Positions 14,290 through 28,176 of a DNA stretch of 64,000 bases are shown in pieces. Numbering within the stretch: the first letter of the stretch is position 1; each line of letters begins with the position of its first letter. The stretch is taken from contig OX597840.1 of assembly GCA_951406725.2 (NCBI GenBank), positions 39,432,001 to 39,496,000 on the forward strand, read 5' to 3'. Below the pieces are notes generated by a model. That model ran no database searches. It saw nothing but the letters and a program-made list of their open reading frames with translations, and was not told the origin of the DNA. The DNA comes from Octopus vulgaris (lineage: Eukaryota). The translations under genes were made by a program, and so were the position numbers.

Positions 14290-14720
14290 TATATGTAATG
14301 AACGAAGACTATAATGAAACAAGAATATAAAAATCGAAGGCTGTGAAAGGTTTCAGAATATTTATAAAGAGAAGGTCTTACAGCTGTTTCCGGGATATTT
14401 TATATATCCCTTCATCAGAGCGAGAAAATGGTTAAGCAATAGTTATTCTGGACAAGATATGAAATAGAGAGTGAAGTGGAGGATATTGTGTCTGCAGTTC
14501 CATTATTTAAGCAGAATGGTATACATATATGTTTCCTTTTGTACCTTTTGTGTGAGTTCCAATAATATTTAAAATTCGTCATACGAAGCCTAGTGTTTGA
14601 AAACGGTGTTATTGGATCGAGGGTTTCTACATTGGACTCCTCGTTCGCATAATCACCCAACCTGGAGCTTAACTATTGTTCTGTCCATAGCACTTACTCA
14701 GCATTACCTGACACGTTTGG
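14290..14720 (-). mobile_element. Penelope-like 3' end fragment
   Basis: Contains a canonical-core hammerhead at 14374-14421 and lies between TA-rich tracts. Confidence 0.55.
14374..14421 (-). ncRNA. Minimal hammerhead ribozyme
   Basis: ct CTGATGA a gggatat-ataaa-atatccc g GAAA CAGCTG TA ag: intact core, 7-bp stem II, palindromic stem III, GUA triplet; stem I is weak. Confidence 0.75.
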
Positions 14721-14769
14721 TTTTTTTCTTGACACCATTACCTCTCATATACATAAGTATATATATATA

Positions 14770-14986
14770 TTTCTTTATTGACCACGAGGGGCTAAACATA
14801 GAGGGGACAAAGGGATTAAGTTGATTACCTCGACCCCAGTGAGTAACTGGTACTTTATTTACCGACCTCGAAAGGATGAAAGGCAAAGTCGTCCTCAGTG
14901 GAATTTGAACTCTGAACGTAACGGCAGACGAAAAACGCGTACGCATTTCGCCCGGCGTGCCAACGTTTCTGCCAGCTTGCTGCCTT
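14770..14986 (-). mobile_element. SINE family B, full length
   Basis: Reverse complement of 12445-12675 along nearly its whole length. Confidence 0.9.
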
Positions 14987-15443
14987 ATATATATATATAT
15001 ATATATATAACAAATGTATTGTGGTTACAACGATGATGTCAGGAATACCTAAAATGTGACGGTTTTTCTGTCGTTTTTGACGAGAAATATATTTCTCTAA
15101 GCAGAAATGTTCATCTTAAATTGATGTTTTCATGGAAGATCTTCAAATTTAAAACGAGAGACCGACCAATATAGCAGTCGAAACAAATTTATTTATTTTA
15201 GTTTAACAAGGAAACATTAGTCCCATCGTTTTTACAGAGCGACGTTGTAGCTGGAAGATATACCACATGTCTGAACGAGAGTTTTCCAAATCATGGAAGA
15301 ATGCTTACAATTATAAACTGCGTAGAAACAATAGTTAGGAAGAAAGGCTGAAGACGCTCGACGTTTATTCTCTCGAAAAACATCGACGCCGTGGTGATCT
15401 CATTCTCACTCACAACAACATAAACGGAAAGTGTAACCTCTCG

Positions 15444-15742
15444 AAAGAGATGTTCTTCACTCCTGGTCCAGAGCGTCGGCTGCGGGGTCACTCCGAAAAG
15501 CTCTATCTGCGACGATTTCATCTCAATCGAAGGAGAGGGCCTTTCTCCGTCCGGGTTGCGAATCCGTGGAATAAGCTGCCGGACGAGATAGTGATGATAC
15601 CGACGATCGCTCGGTTCAAAGTCTCTCTTGACCAGAAATGGCCTGAACTCTTTGCATGAACACCCTCCCTGTACATAACTCAATGTCCCCCTACATGGCC
15701 TTGCTTTTTGCTTTTTGAGCCAAAAAGTTAACTTAACTTAAC
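15444..15742 (+). mobile_element. CR1/L2-clade LINE 3' end, 5'-truncated
   Basis: ORF2 C-terminus RLRGHSEKL...RRGPFSVRVANPWNKLPDEIV...FKVSLD*, followed by a short 3' UTR and a (ttaac)n tail. Confidence 0.9.
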
Positions 15743-15824
15743 AATCTCCTCAACTAAATAATATCAAACCCAAGCCATCTTCCCACAACTATATGTGTAT
15801 GTGTATATATATATTTATATATAT

Positions 15825-15925
15825 GAAACAGGCTTCTTTTAGTTTCCGTCTTCCAAATCTCCTCACAAAGCTTTGGTCAGCTTGGTGCTATATAAGAGGA
15901 GACATTTACCCATGGTAGCACACAG
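15825..15925 (-). mobile_element. SINE family A fragment
   Basis: ggcttcttttagtttccgtcttccaaatc..cacaaagctttggtc matches the family A body. Confidence 0.7.
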
Positions 15926-16043
15926 TGGCCTGAACTCTTTGCATGACCACCCTCCCTGTACATAACTCCATGTCCCCCTACATGGTCTTGCTTTTGCTTT
16001 TTGAGTCCAAAAATTAACTTAATTTAGCTTAAATTAACTTAAC
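15926..16043 (+). mobile_element. Second CR1 3' end stub
   Basis: Near-identical to 15639-15742, including the ttaac tail. Confidence 0.85.
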
Positions 16044-16274
16044 AACAATATCAAAACTGTAGCAACCTGTGGCGTACAACTGAAATTGATCAGCGTGTAT
16101 ACATGTTTACAGCAGATAATTTATATTCCATGCGCAGCCATCTTGACTTGTTATCAAGACAACTAGTGACACTATAACAAACGCCTGTCTTGAATACGTA
16201 ATTTATACTTGAAAGTTTACACGACGAAAACAAGCTTCGACTTCTTCGCATCTTTACAAATTCTACATAAATTA

Positions 16275-16496
16275 ATCCTTTCCAATTTTCGCAGAAAGCT
16301 AGTAATTTTGAGGGATGGGAAATAAGTGGATTACAATCAACCCCGGTGCTTTAACTAAAACATATTTTATCAACTCTGAAACGATGAAAGGCCAAAGACG
16401 CCCTTAGTGCCATTGAAACTCAGAATATAAAAAAAAAAAAAACGGGAGATGTGCTACGAAGCATTTTTCTCCGATGCGTTAACGATTCTGCCTGGT
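16275..16496 (-). mobile_element. SINE family B, degenerate
   Basis: gatgaaaggccaaagac...aactcagaat...gcgttaacgattctgcc. Confidence 0.65.
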
Positions 16497-16533
16497 CAAA
16501 ATCAAGTAACAACATAGAAAATTTTAAGGAAAG

Positions 16534-16697
16534 AGGCGAAGGAGTGGCTGTGTGGTAAGTAGCTTGTTTACTAACTACATGGTTCCGGGTTCAGTCCCAC
16601 TGCGCGGCACCTTGGGCAAGTGTGTTCTACTATAGTTTCGGGCCAACCAAAGCCTTGTGAGTGGATTTGGTAGATGGAAACTGAAAGAATCCCGTCT

Positions 16698-16700
<3 letters not shown>
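16534..16700 (+). mobile_element. SINE family A, 5' half
   Basis: ggagtggctgtgtggtaagtagcttg...gggttcagtcccactgcgcggcaccttgggcaagtg; the ccttgggcaagt block resembles the CORE-SINE domain. Confidence 0.9.
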
Positions 16701-16756
<56 letters not shown>

Positions 16757-16838
16757 ATGTGTGTGTGTGTGTGTGTGTGGTTACTCAGCCAGAAAGTAAA
16801 GCTGCAATAAAGAAGAATGCGACTATAATAATAATAAT

Positions 16839-17557
<719 letters not shown>

Positions 17558-18374
17558 GAACAACAACAACAACAATATTCGGTTATAGTATATGTCAGGT
17601 TTACCCTAGTAGTTAGGGAGCTCCACTCCACTTCCGATCGCTATATCGTACTTTTTCTGGACATGGTGCATTATGGTATTGGGTAAAAATGTTCATTTTA
17701 TTTCATCCCAGTCCACTCAGCTTCATATGACTATCACTGCGATGGACTGACGTCTCAACGAGGGGGTGATCTTGTGATCCCGGTCACTTCTGCACCATGA
17801 AAAACCAACTAATCCAGTCTATGTGTTCTAAACTCAAAGTAGTAATGCTCCAGGGTTGATTTTGATGATGATGGTGATGACGAGGGTAAAACCAACCCAT
17901 GTAACGCGAAATTACTCCAGATAGGATTCGAACTCTCACTACAATAAACAAGACATGACTAGATACGCCAACTTCACCTGTCGATCTTTCAAATTTCTAC
18001 TTCTACCGTTCCTTAGAAACGCAACAATCGCATAAATAACTCTCACGAAAGAGACGGACAATCAAGGAGAGAGCAGAGAGAGGTGGAGAGCAAATAAAGG
18101 AGAGAAGAGAGGTATTCATTGATGGGAAACATGTACGCATACAAGTCTACGAATCTTTCCTATATTCCACATTGTTAATGCGTTTCTGTTTCCACGTATA
18201 TCACAAATGTACAGGATTTTATGGGAGAGAGGCAATAAAATTTGTTTTTCTGCATATCGGGATCCAGGCAATCGGCAAAACCCATCCAGCATTATTTTAT
18301 TACGTATAAGGTGGGGGTACGTATAAACATACATACATGCATACGTATGTATATATCTCTATACCTATGTGCGT

Positions 18375-18467
<93 letters not shown>

Positions 18468-19114
18468 TGTATACATATATATACGCATATATATATGCGT
18501 ATATATATATGTATATATACATACACATATATATGCATATATATATACATATATATATAGATATACAAATATATATATATATATATACATACATATATAT
18601 ATATATATATAAAGAGAGAGAGGGAGAGAGATAGAGATAGATAAAGCCATTGAGAGATAAATGGATACCTATATATATACACATATATATACATAAATAT
18701 ACATATAAATGTGTGTGTGTGTGTGTGTGTGTATCGGTTGTTGTATTGTTGTTGTTGTTGTGTGTATGTGTGTGTGTTTCTTTTATTGGGTATATATTTA
18801 TTAGCAATCACTTGAACGATGCTGGTTCTGTTGAAGTTCAGTTTTCAACACACGGTTGCTCGATGACGTTACCTCGTCCATTCAATATTGACAAAATGGC
18901 TGTATTGACGAAGGCTGTCTATGGCAATTCAATTCAATGTGCTCAAGAAACGTCTGGCATCCGCATTTGATTCCACAACCATCAAATTCTGGAAAGGAAA
19001 AGATTTATTCTTCGTATATCTAAAGCATCTATATATACCAATCTACACATGCACAAACACCGACATGCATGAACACCCACACAGACGCACACATGTAAGC
19101 ATGTACGTTCTTTT

Positions 19115-19390
19115 TCTACCGTTATTTGTTTTCCTTATTGGACTGTGGCCACACTGGGGCAGTGATTTGACGGGCTTGGTCGAACAAGTGGTCTCCAGTA
19201 TATAATTCCGTTTTGCATTTGGGAATTGTTTTATCGATATCACTTGCCGCACCACTAGTTATAAGAGACAAATAAACAAACCGACAACCGCCGTCGTATG
19301 GTGCGCGTAGAGGAACACAGGTTCAAAGATACACACATAGATATGTCGAGCTTCAGCACAGTTTCCGTCATACGAATTCATTCAAAATAG
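19115..19390 (-). mobile_element. SINE family A, highly degenerate
   Basis: attggactgtggccacactggggca, ggtcgaacaa and agtttccgtc motifs. Confidence 0.55.
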
Positions 19391-19434
19391 TGATGAGGGG
19401 AGAAAAAGTGATTTATCATAATTCAAAGTTGACA

Positions 19435-19640
19435 TATTGGTTTCAAAGTTTTCCACAAGATCAGTAATTTGGGCATAACGAGCTAGTTAATTACGAGGAC
19501 CCCAATACTTAATGACCCTGAAACGATGAATGGCAACGTCGACCTAGGTAGAATTTCAACTCAGAACGTAAGGGCGTACGAAATTCTGTTAAGCGCTTTA
19601 ACCCAGCATGCTAAAGATTCTGGAACATCGGGGCTTTATC
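19435..19640 (-). mobile_element. SINE family B, degenerate
   Basis: gatgaatggcaacgtcgacctaggtagaatttcaactcagaacgtaa. Confidence 0.7.
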
Positions 19641-19883
19641 CGGATTAGATAGATTGATAAGGATGTGGAAACATGCGGCTACCTAAATGGTCGATGCCTA
19701 GATTCGGTTTGAAATAAAAAAAAAAGGATGCTTTCTATGGATTGTACCACTTGTGAAATGATGAAATACATAGCATACATATAGGCCGAGTATACGGTAG
19801 AATCACTTACCCAAGCTCAAGAGCATGGGTCTAAGATCAAGAGGTTACAAACTTAAGTTCTAAATCTAACAATCATGGCAGTC

Positions 19884-20104
19884 ACTTTTACTCTCTTACT
19901 TGTTTCAGTCATTTGACTGCGGCCATACTGGAGCACCGCCTTTAGTCGAACAAATCGACCCCAGGACTTATTCTTTGGAAGCCTAGTACTTATTCTATCG
20001 GTCTCTTTTTGACGAACCGCTAAGTTACGAGGACGTAAACACATCAGCATCGGTTGTCAAGCGATGTTGAGGGGATAAACACAGACTCACAAACATATAC
20101 ACAC

Positions 20105-20181
<77 letters not shown>

Positions 20182-20340
20182 ATGGGCCTCTTTCAGTTTC
20201 CGTCTACCAAATCCACCCACAAGGCTTTGGTCACCCCGATGCTATAGTAGAAAACACTTGTCCAAGATGCCACGCAGTGGGACTGAACTCGGAACCGCTT
20301 GTGTTGGTAAGCAAGCTACTTACTACACAGCCACTCCTGA
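19884..20340 (-). mobile_element. SINE family A, full length with internal (TA)n
   Basis: Head, CORE-like block, microsatellite, 3' domain and tail are all present. Confidence 0.9.
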
Positions 20341-20359
20341 GTCTAGACAAGAAAAACTT

Positions 20360-20580
20360 GATATCGGTTTCAAATTTTGGCACAAGGCCCGCAATTTTCA
20401 GGGAGTGTGTAAATCGATTACATCAACCTTTGTATTCAATCGGTACCTCTTTCGTCGACTGTGGAAGGATGAAAGGCAAAGTTGACCGCAGCGGAATTTG
20501 AGCTCAGAACATAGGGACAGATGAAATGGCGCTAAGCATTTTACTTGCCGTGCTAACGAATTAACCAGCTCGCCACCTTA
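20360..20580 (-). mobile_element. SINE family B with alternative tail
   Basis: ggatgaaaggcaaagttgaccgcagcggaatttgagctcagaac...ccagctcgccacctt; tail (minus strand) ggccttgtgccaaaatttgaaacc. Confidence 0.85.
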
Positions 20581-21489
20581 CAAGGGAAAATTAACATTGG
20601 GCAAGCAAAATGTGTCTCTGGTTGTTTTTGCATGAAAACTGTTGATTCGAAAACCCCGTATTCGGTCAGGATTTGAAAATGAGTCTCCCTATGCACATAG
20701 AACAGGAATTTAGCATTCTCTGAATAACGTTTAGCAGACTTCGTCCACAAAATCTTAATATTAACGTCAAGATGAAATAATGGTTCTAAGACGACTAACA
20801 ATAGCGATACCAAAGCAAATTCTACCAATAACATCGCCACAACGACAACAATCACAAGAAGAACAGCAACAGTTATAACAACAATGACAAGAAAGAAAAA
20901 AAGAAAAAAACAGAAATCGCAATCGTTGTAATATAAAAAAAAATAACAGTGGTCATAATACCAAAACAAGGAAAAAAAAATACCTAGAACTTACATCAAC
21001 GCAAAGCAATATTATAACATTTGCAATAAAGCCAGAAACATTAATTATATAAAGAAAAAAAATTAAATAAAAGCACACAAAACTGCAAAATAAAATAAAA
21101 TACTAGCAAGGAACCAATCTGCATCTAATTGTATCTATCTGTACATTTATTTTTATTTGTATTGAGCACGTCTCGGCTCTCACAAAACACTATCTTTCCC
21201 AAACATGTTACTTCCTTCTGCTGTGGAATCAGATAAAAATCGAATGTTTTTTGTTATTGTTATTGATACCGTTATTGCTGCTGGTGTTGTTGTTGTTGTT
21301 GTTGTTGCTATTGGTATTGTTGGTGCTGGTGTTGTTGCTAGACTTGTTATTGTTGTGGTTGTTGTTGTTGTAGCGTTTTACTTCACTATTTGCCAGACTA
21401 AAGAATTTCTGCATCTTATAATCTATTTTCGTTGTTGGAAACGTGATCATCTGAAAAGGTTTACACAACCTCGTTTGTCTGTGAGAATA

Positions 21490-21570
21490 AAGATAATAAT
21501 AATAACGGTGAAGGTAACAATAATGGTAATAATGATATTAATAATGATAATAATAATAATAATAATAATG

Positions 21571-21646
<76 letters not shown>

Positions 21647-21672
21647 TAATGATAATAATAATAATAATAATG

Positions 21673-21713
<41 letters not shown>

Positions 21714-21756
21714 GATAATAATAATAATGATAATAATGATAATAATAATAATAATG

Positions 21757-21793
<37 letters not shown>

Positions 21794-21827
21794 TAATAAT
21801 AATATTAATAACAATAATAATAATAAC

Positions 21828-21859
<32 letters not shown>

Positions 21860-21900
21860 TAATAATAATAATAATAATAATGATAATAATAATAATAATG

Positions 21901-21943
<43 letters not shown>

Positions 21944-21962
21944 TAATAATAATATTAATAAC

Positions 21963-22033
<71 letters not shown>

Positions 22034-22180
22034 TAATATTAATGGTAATGATAATAATACTGAAGATAACATCAGCATTAATAATGGTAATAATACTAAT
22101 AATAGCAACAACAATAATAATAATAATAAAAAAGAACCACCACCACATCTACAATAACAACAATAATAATAATAATAATG

Positions 22181-22232
<52 letters not shown>

Positions 22233-22251
22233 TAATAATAACAATAATAAC

Positions 22252-22286
<35 letters not shown>

Positions 22287-22306
22287 TAATAATAATAATA
22301 ATAATG

Positions 22307-22340
<34 letters not shown>

Positions 22341-22407
22341 TAATAATAATAATAATAACAATAATAATAATATTAATAACAATAATAATAATAATAATAA
22401 TAATAAC

Positions 22408-22466
<59 letters not shown>

Positions 22467-22617
22467 TAATATTAATGGTAATGATAATAATACTGAAGAT
22501 AACATCAGCATTAATAATTGTAATAATACTAATAATAGCAACAACAATAACACAATGAAGAAGAAAAAAAGAACCACCACCACATCTACAATAACAACAA
22601 TAATAATAATAATAATG

Positions 22618-22656
<39 letters not shown>

Positions 22657-22694
22657 TTAATAATAATAATAATGATAATAATAACAATAATAAC

Positions 22695-22732
<38 letters not shown>

Positions 22733-22752
22733 TAATAATAATAATAATAATG

Positions 22753-22789
<37 letters not shown>

Positions 22790-22853
22790 TAATAATAATA
22801 ATAATAACAATAATAATAATATTAATAACAATAATAATAATAATAATAATAAC

Positions 22854-22927
<74 letters not shown>

Positions 22928-23078
22928 TAATATTAATGGTAATGATAATAATACTGAAGATAACATCAGCATTAATAATGGTAATAATACTAATAATAGC
23001 AACAACAATAACACAAGGAAGAAGAAAAAAAGAACCACCACCACATCTACAATAACAACAATAATAATAATAATAATG

Positions 23079-23148
<70 letters not shown>

Positions 23149-23221
23149 TAATAATAACAATAATAACAATAATAATAATAATATTAATAATAATAATAAT
23201 GATAATAATAACAATAATAAC

Positions 23222-23255
<34 letters not shown>
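21490..23255. repeat. About 1.75-kb (AAT)n array with a ~430-460 bp higher-order unit
   Basis: The marker gataatattaatggtaatg...actgaagataacatcagcattaa...aagaaccaccaccacatctac recurs at about 22032, 22464 and 22926. Confidence 0.9.
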
Positions 23256-23256
<1 letters not shown>

Positions 23257-23351
23257 AAAATATACCAGGAATATTTTTTTACATATCCAAGAACAACGAC
23301 AGGAAACAAATATGAATCTACAGATTCGACTCATCATTATGAAACATGCAT

Positions 23352-23459
<108 letters not shown>

Positions 23460-23483
23460 TATATTTATACACATATATATTTA

Positions 23484-23545
<62 letters not shown>

Positions 23546-23922
23546 TGTATGTATACATGGTGTAGAGAACTTTGAAACGTTAACATGTAGCAGGCAAAAG
23601 ATTCAAAGAGAGACACAATATGTATATGAATGTACTATAATAATACTTCCTATTTTTTTTTAAGTTCTTCTGTTTTGTTTTCAATCTCACCAGTTTGTTT
23701 TTTGTTGTTAAACTTGCTTTTTTCGTTTTTACAACGGTTCTTATACTTCTTTTTGTTTTGCTTGTTGCTGTGTTGTTTTTTGTTTGTAGATAGATAGCTG
23801 ATGCCCCACCTCCATCTTCCCTGCTGTCATTATCGTTAAAAGTGCCAGAGGATGTTCGAACCGGTAAAAATAAAATATGTTATAATCATGTGTGATATAA
23901 ACATACATACATACATACAACC

Positions 23923-24023
<101 letters not shown>

Positions 24024-24259
24024 TGTGTATATATATATATATATATATATATAAGTATATGTATATATATTGTTTACATTGTTGTTTACGTTATTGTTTC
24101 AGCACGTATTTCGGCGGTAGAATTAGCAAAGCGGGGCATGAGTTTTAGGGGTAAAAGTACACAGTGACTTTTATTATCTCTGTGTACTCTAATTCTTTAA
24201 CAAACTTTGTTGTTTTTATAGTTAGTCCCTTAGTTAGCTAGTTAGATAGATAGAAAGAT

Positions 24260-24357
<98 letters not shown>

Positions 24358-24395
24358 CTGCACACATGTTTTCACCCATTCTTATGAAATATAAA

Positions 24396-25610
24396 GATAT
24401 ATATATAAGGAAAATAAGACTATGTAGAAAATGCAAAGATAAATTTATCGTGAAGTACATTTTAATGCCGGTTTCCTCCTTTTCTACTTTTTTTAGCTAA
24501 GAGTAAAATAAAGCAAACAATTAAATTGGCGAAAAACTTAAGTGTAATGTTTTGTAAATATTTCCAAATTTTTAAATAGGTAAATATTTCCAATGTACCC
24601 GAATAGGTAAATGCTTCCATAATATTAAAATAGTCCCTCTCTCTCCCTCTCTCTCCCTCTCTCTTCCTCTGTAAATGCTTGGTAAGTAAATAGTAGTAAA
24701 TCAGAGAATTGATGGTTTATGCAGGTGCAACCGAGAGAGGAGAAGTAAAGTAAGAAGGAGAAGAAGAAGATGAAGAAGAAGAAGAAGGAAAAGGGGGAGG
24801 AGAAGAAATGACGAGAAGAAGAAAAAGGACAAGGAAGGGAGGAGAAGAGGAAGAGGAGGAGGAGGAGGGGAGAAGGTGCAGTGGTAATGTAGAGGGCAGA
24901 GAATTAGGAGTAGTAGGGAAAGTAGAGGGAAGAGGGAAGAGGTAGAAAAGGAAAAGACAGAAGTGGTGCGACGCAGTAGATTGTTCGTGGAATCTTATTT
25001 AATGGTTAGAAGACCTAAAAGTGACCCGTTGTAGTCGCAGCAGTACTGGTTATAATTGTTCTAAATTCTTGTCGTAGTTTCATCTGTGATGGACATCGTT
25101 CAAAAGAGGTTTACAATTTGCGATAAAATATGCTTCTTTCGCTAATTCGCTGATTATAGGTTGCATTGTAACTGAATGTATAGAGAGGGAAATTTTATCG
25201 TTGGATTGTTCGTTTGTAACCTAAATATCAATTTGCTCGCTTAATCCCATTTTTCTGTATTACTGTTCCTTCTTCATCTTCTTCTACTTCTTCTCCTTCT
25301 TCTCCTCCCTCGGCTGCTTCTGCCTATCTCTACTCATAAAACAGTTTCTTCAGATTTGCTACTACTTACCTAGCAAGCATTCACAAAGGAAGAGAGAAAG
25401 AGAGATTGTTGAGAGAGAGGCGGACAGATTATTTGAAGACAATGGAAATATTTACAAAATATTTTATTTAAGTTTATTCTTCTCCAATTTGTTATCCTTA
25501 ATTTACTCTTAGTTGAAAATGTCTAAACGACGGAAACCGGTACTAGAATGTCCTTGATGATAAAAGCATTCTTGCATTTGATACCTTGTCTTATTTTTCT
25601 TATACGTATC
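24396..25610. mobile_element. Long-TIR (foldback/MULE-like) non-autonomous element
   Basis: 24396-24782 is a degenerate reverse complement of 25269-25610 (ccggtttcc/ggaaaccgg, ctaagagtaaa/tttactcttag, ttttgtaaatatttcca/tggaaatatttacaaaa, agaagaagatgaagaag/cttcttcatcttcttct). Confidence 0.75.
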
Positions 25611-25721
25611 AGCTCGTTTGTTATTTTTCTACATTCTATATACACACTGTTGTCAATACCATCTGTCTTCGTCTTTTGTTTTTCTGCGAATATATATATA
25701 TATAAATAAATATATATATAT

Positions 25722-26109
25722 ATTAATTGTTATCGCCATTTTAATATGGCATTCTTATAGATGTAAGAATAATCGCTGCCGATGGTCAGCTCCATGAGGC
25801 AACTGCCTTAAGATAGCTATTGATACAAGATCTGTATCCATTATAACCTTCGAACAAGGGAGGTCAGCCGCTTCACACTGCCAGTCTCTGTTCGAAGGCT
25901 TATATTTACCTAGTTTCAGTGGAATACATCCACTTGTTTTCAATAATAGAAATATTAAAATTACTAAGTCTCTATAAAAGAGATTATGGCGATAACAATT
26001 AATTTCCAGTAAACGCTGCCGTAATCTCTTTTATAGAGACTTAGTGATTTTAATATTTCTATTATTGAAAACAAGTGGATGTATTCCACTGAAACTAGGT
26101 AAATATAAG
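25722..26109. repeat. Multi-hairpin element with a 92-bp-arm palindrome
   Basis: 25899-25990 and 26018-26109 are inverted with 2 mismatches; attaattgttatcgccat at 25722 is inverted at 25986; starts at (TA)n. Confidence 0.8.
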
Positions 26110-26350
26110 TCGACCTCAGTGAAGTTTGAGCTCAGAACATAAAGACGAACGAAATATTTTAACCGGTCTGCTAACGATTCTGCCGCCATACTCTATGATA
26201 CATATTTGAAAGTTTACCACAGGGGCAGCAAATTTCGCGACTTGGGGATAAATTGATTACACCAACCTAAGTGTTCAGTTGATACTTATTTTATCCAAGC
26301 CGAAAGGATAAAAACAATGTCGACCTCGCCGAAATTCGAAATCAGACCTT
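26110..26350 (-). mobile_element. Two partial SINE family B copies
   Basis: tcgacctcagtgaagtttgagctcagaac near 26110 and gtcgacctcgccgaaattcgaaatcaga near 26320. Confidence 0.65.
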
Positions 26351-26394
26351 AAAGGTATTGGCTACTGCTTTTAACTGGGCGATAAACACGTACA

Positions 26395-26777
26395 TGGAGG
26401 CGCAATGGCCCAGTGGTTAGGGCAGTGGACTCGCGGTCGTAGAATCGCGATTTCGATTCCCAGACCGGGCGTTGTGAGTGTTTATTGAGCGAAAACACCT
26501 AAAGCTCCATGAGGCTCCGGCAGGGGATGGTGGTGATCCCTGCTGTACTCTTTCACCCCATCTTTCTCTCACTCTTACTTCCTGTTTCTGTTGTACCTGT
26601 ATTTCAAAGGGCCGGCCTTGTCACTCTCTGTGTCACGCTGAATATCCCCGAGAACTACGTTAAGCGTACACGTGTCTGTGAAGTGCTCAGCCACTTACAC
26701 GTTAATTTCACGAGCAGGCGGTTCCGTTCATCGGATCAACCGGAACCCTCGTCGTCGTAACCGACGGAGTGCTTCCA
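26395..26777 (+). mobile_element. SINE family C, full length (tRNA-derived head)
   Basis: A box tggcccagtgg and B box tttcgattccc; near-identical to 45696-46085(-). Confidence 0.9.
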
Positions 26778-27724
26778 TAACACGTACATTTTTTTTTCAA
26801 GTAAATCTGTCCAAGAATGCCGTTGGCATGAATTACCGTTGGATACATTTAATGTATTGCATCTTATAACGCTTGGCTTCTTAGTTCGTTCATGAGTAGC
26901 AGATACATTCATTGAGTGTTTTTTTAACGTACAATGCTACAACATCACCGCACATCGGTCCACACACGTAACTGTGAAACAATTAGACATGTTTTGTATC
27001 ATGATTCTGTGGATAAGGATGTCGTTGGCAAATGGTCTGGCTCTTGTACAAATATCCTTAATCATAAATTCCTGTCGACAATGATCTGTAAGTTAAATTT
27101 GGTAGATGGAAAACACATGGAAGCTTGCCAGATGTATTTGTAATTAGGCCATAGCTCCATATATAAATATATACATATAGATAGGTGTGTGTGTGTGAGC
27201 ATGTAGTTGCGTGTGAGTCTGGGACGATGGGTATATATAAATCTGTGTGCCCAGATATACATGTCTGTGCATTGCCTTCAATGGAGAATGTCACTTCTGT
27301 ATTTTTAATAAAACACGCTCTTGGCGTTTAGCCACCGATCAATTGCAGTGGAAGAAATCTATGATCAAACGTGTTCCAGTAAAACACCAGTCCTTTACCA
27401 TCTTCCCCCTCTCTCACTCTGTCTCTGGTGAAACAAAGTTTTTCAGCTGCATGAAATAATTACATATACACGAAATTGACCAATGAAATCAATCATAGCT
27501 TTTGTACTTTGCATCAACTCTCTCCTAATATTTTCTAATACCTTTCTGTTGTGACTTTCGGAAAGTTCACGGTCAATGGAATTCAGAAAAAACCATTCCT
27601 TTTTCATTTTCTAAACCTGTTGCTGCCTCTCCAAATCCAAGACTTTTTGATCTTTCGCCCAGAAAAATAGCATTCATTTATATGGTGTTGTTGTGCTGAG
27701 ATCAATTTTCTGGAATGAACATTG

Positions 27725-27926
27725 ATTTACAGTTCTATATTTAAGAGATGAAGAATTATTTACATTGTTTACGCTATTTATATTTCCTACATTTCACGGA
27801 TATTTGTCCTCATCTTGTTTGTTGTTAACACAATGTTTCGGCTGATATACCCTCCAACCTTCATCAGGTGTCTTGGGGAAATTTCGAACCTGGGTTCTCA
27901 TTCCTGAGGTATTTTTCGATGTTGTC

Positions 27927-27997
<71 letters not shown>

Positions 27998-28128
27998 CAT
28001 TATTATCATCATCATCATCATTATTATTATTATTTTTATTATTATCATTATTATCATTATTATTATTATTATCATTATTATCATTATTATCATTATTATT
28101 ATTATTATTATCATTATTATCATTATTA

Positions 28129-28176
<48 letters not shown>

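Noticed and set aside
21205-23055. 616-aa ORF
   Set aside because: Poly-Ile/Asn translation of (AAT)n, which lacks stops in two frames; no domain.
25785-25825. Hammerhead at ctccatga-ggcaactgcc-ttaa
   Set aside because: Lacks G5 and the GAAA motif, so it does not fit the core.
26395-26470. tRNA gene
   Set aside because: A/B boxes are present but run straight into a multi-copy SINE body; no complete cloverleaf.
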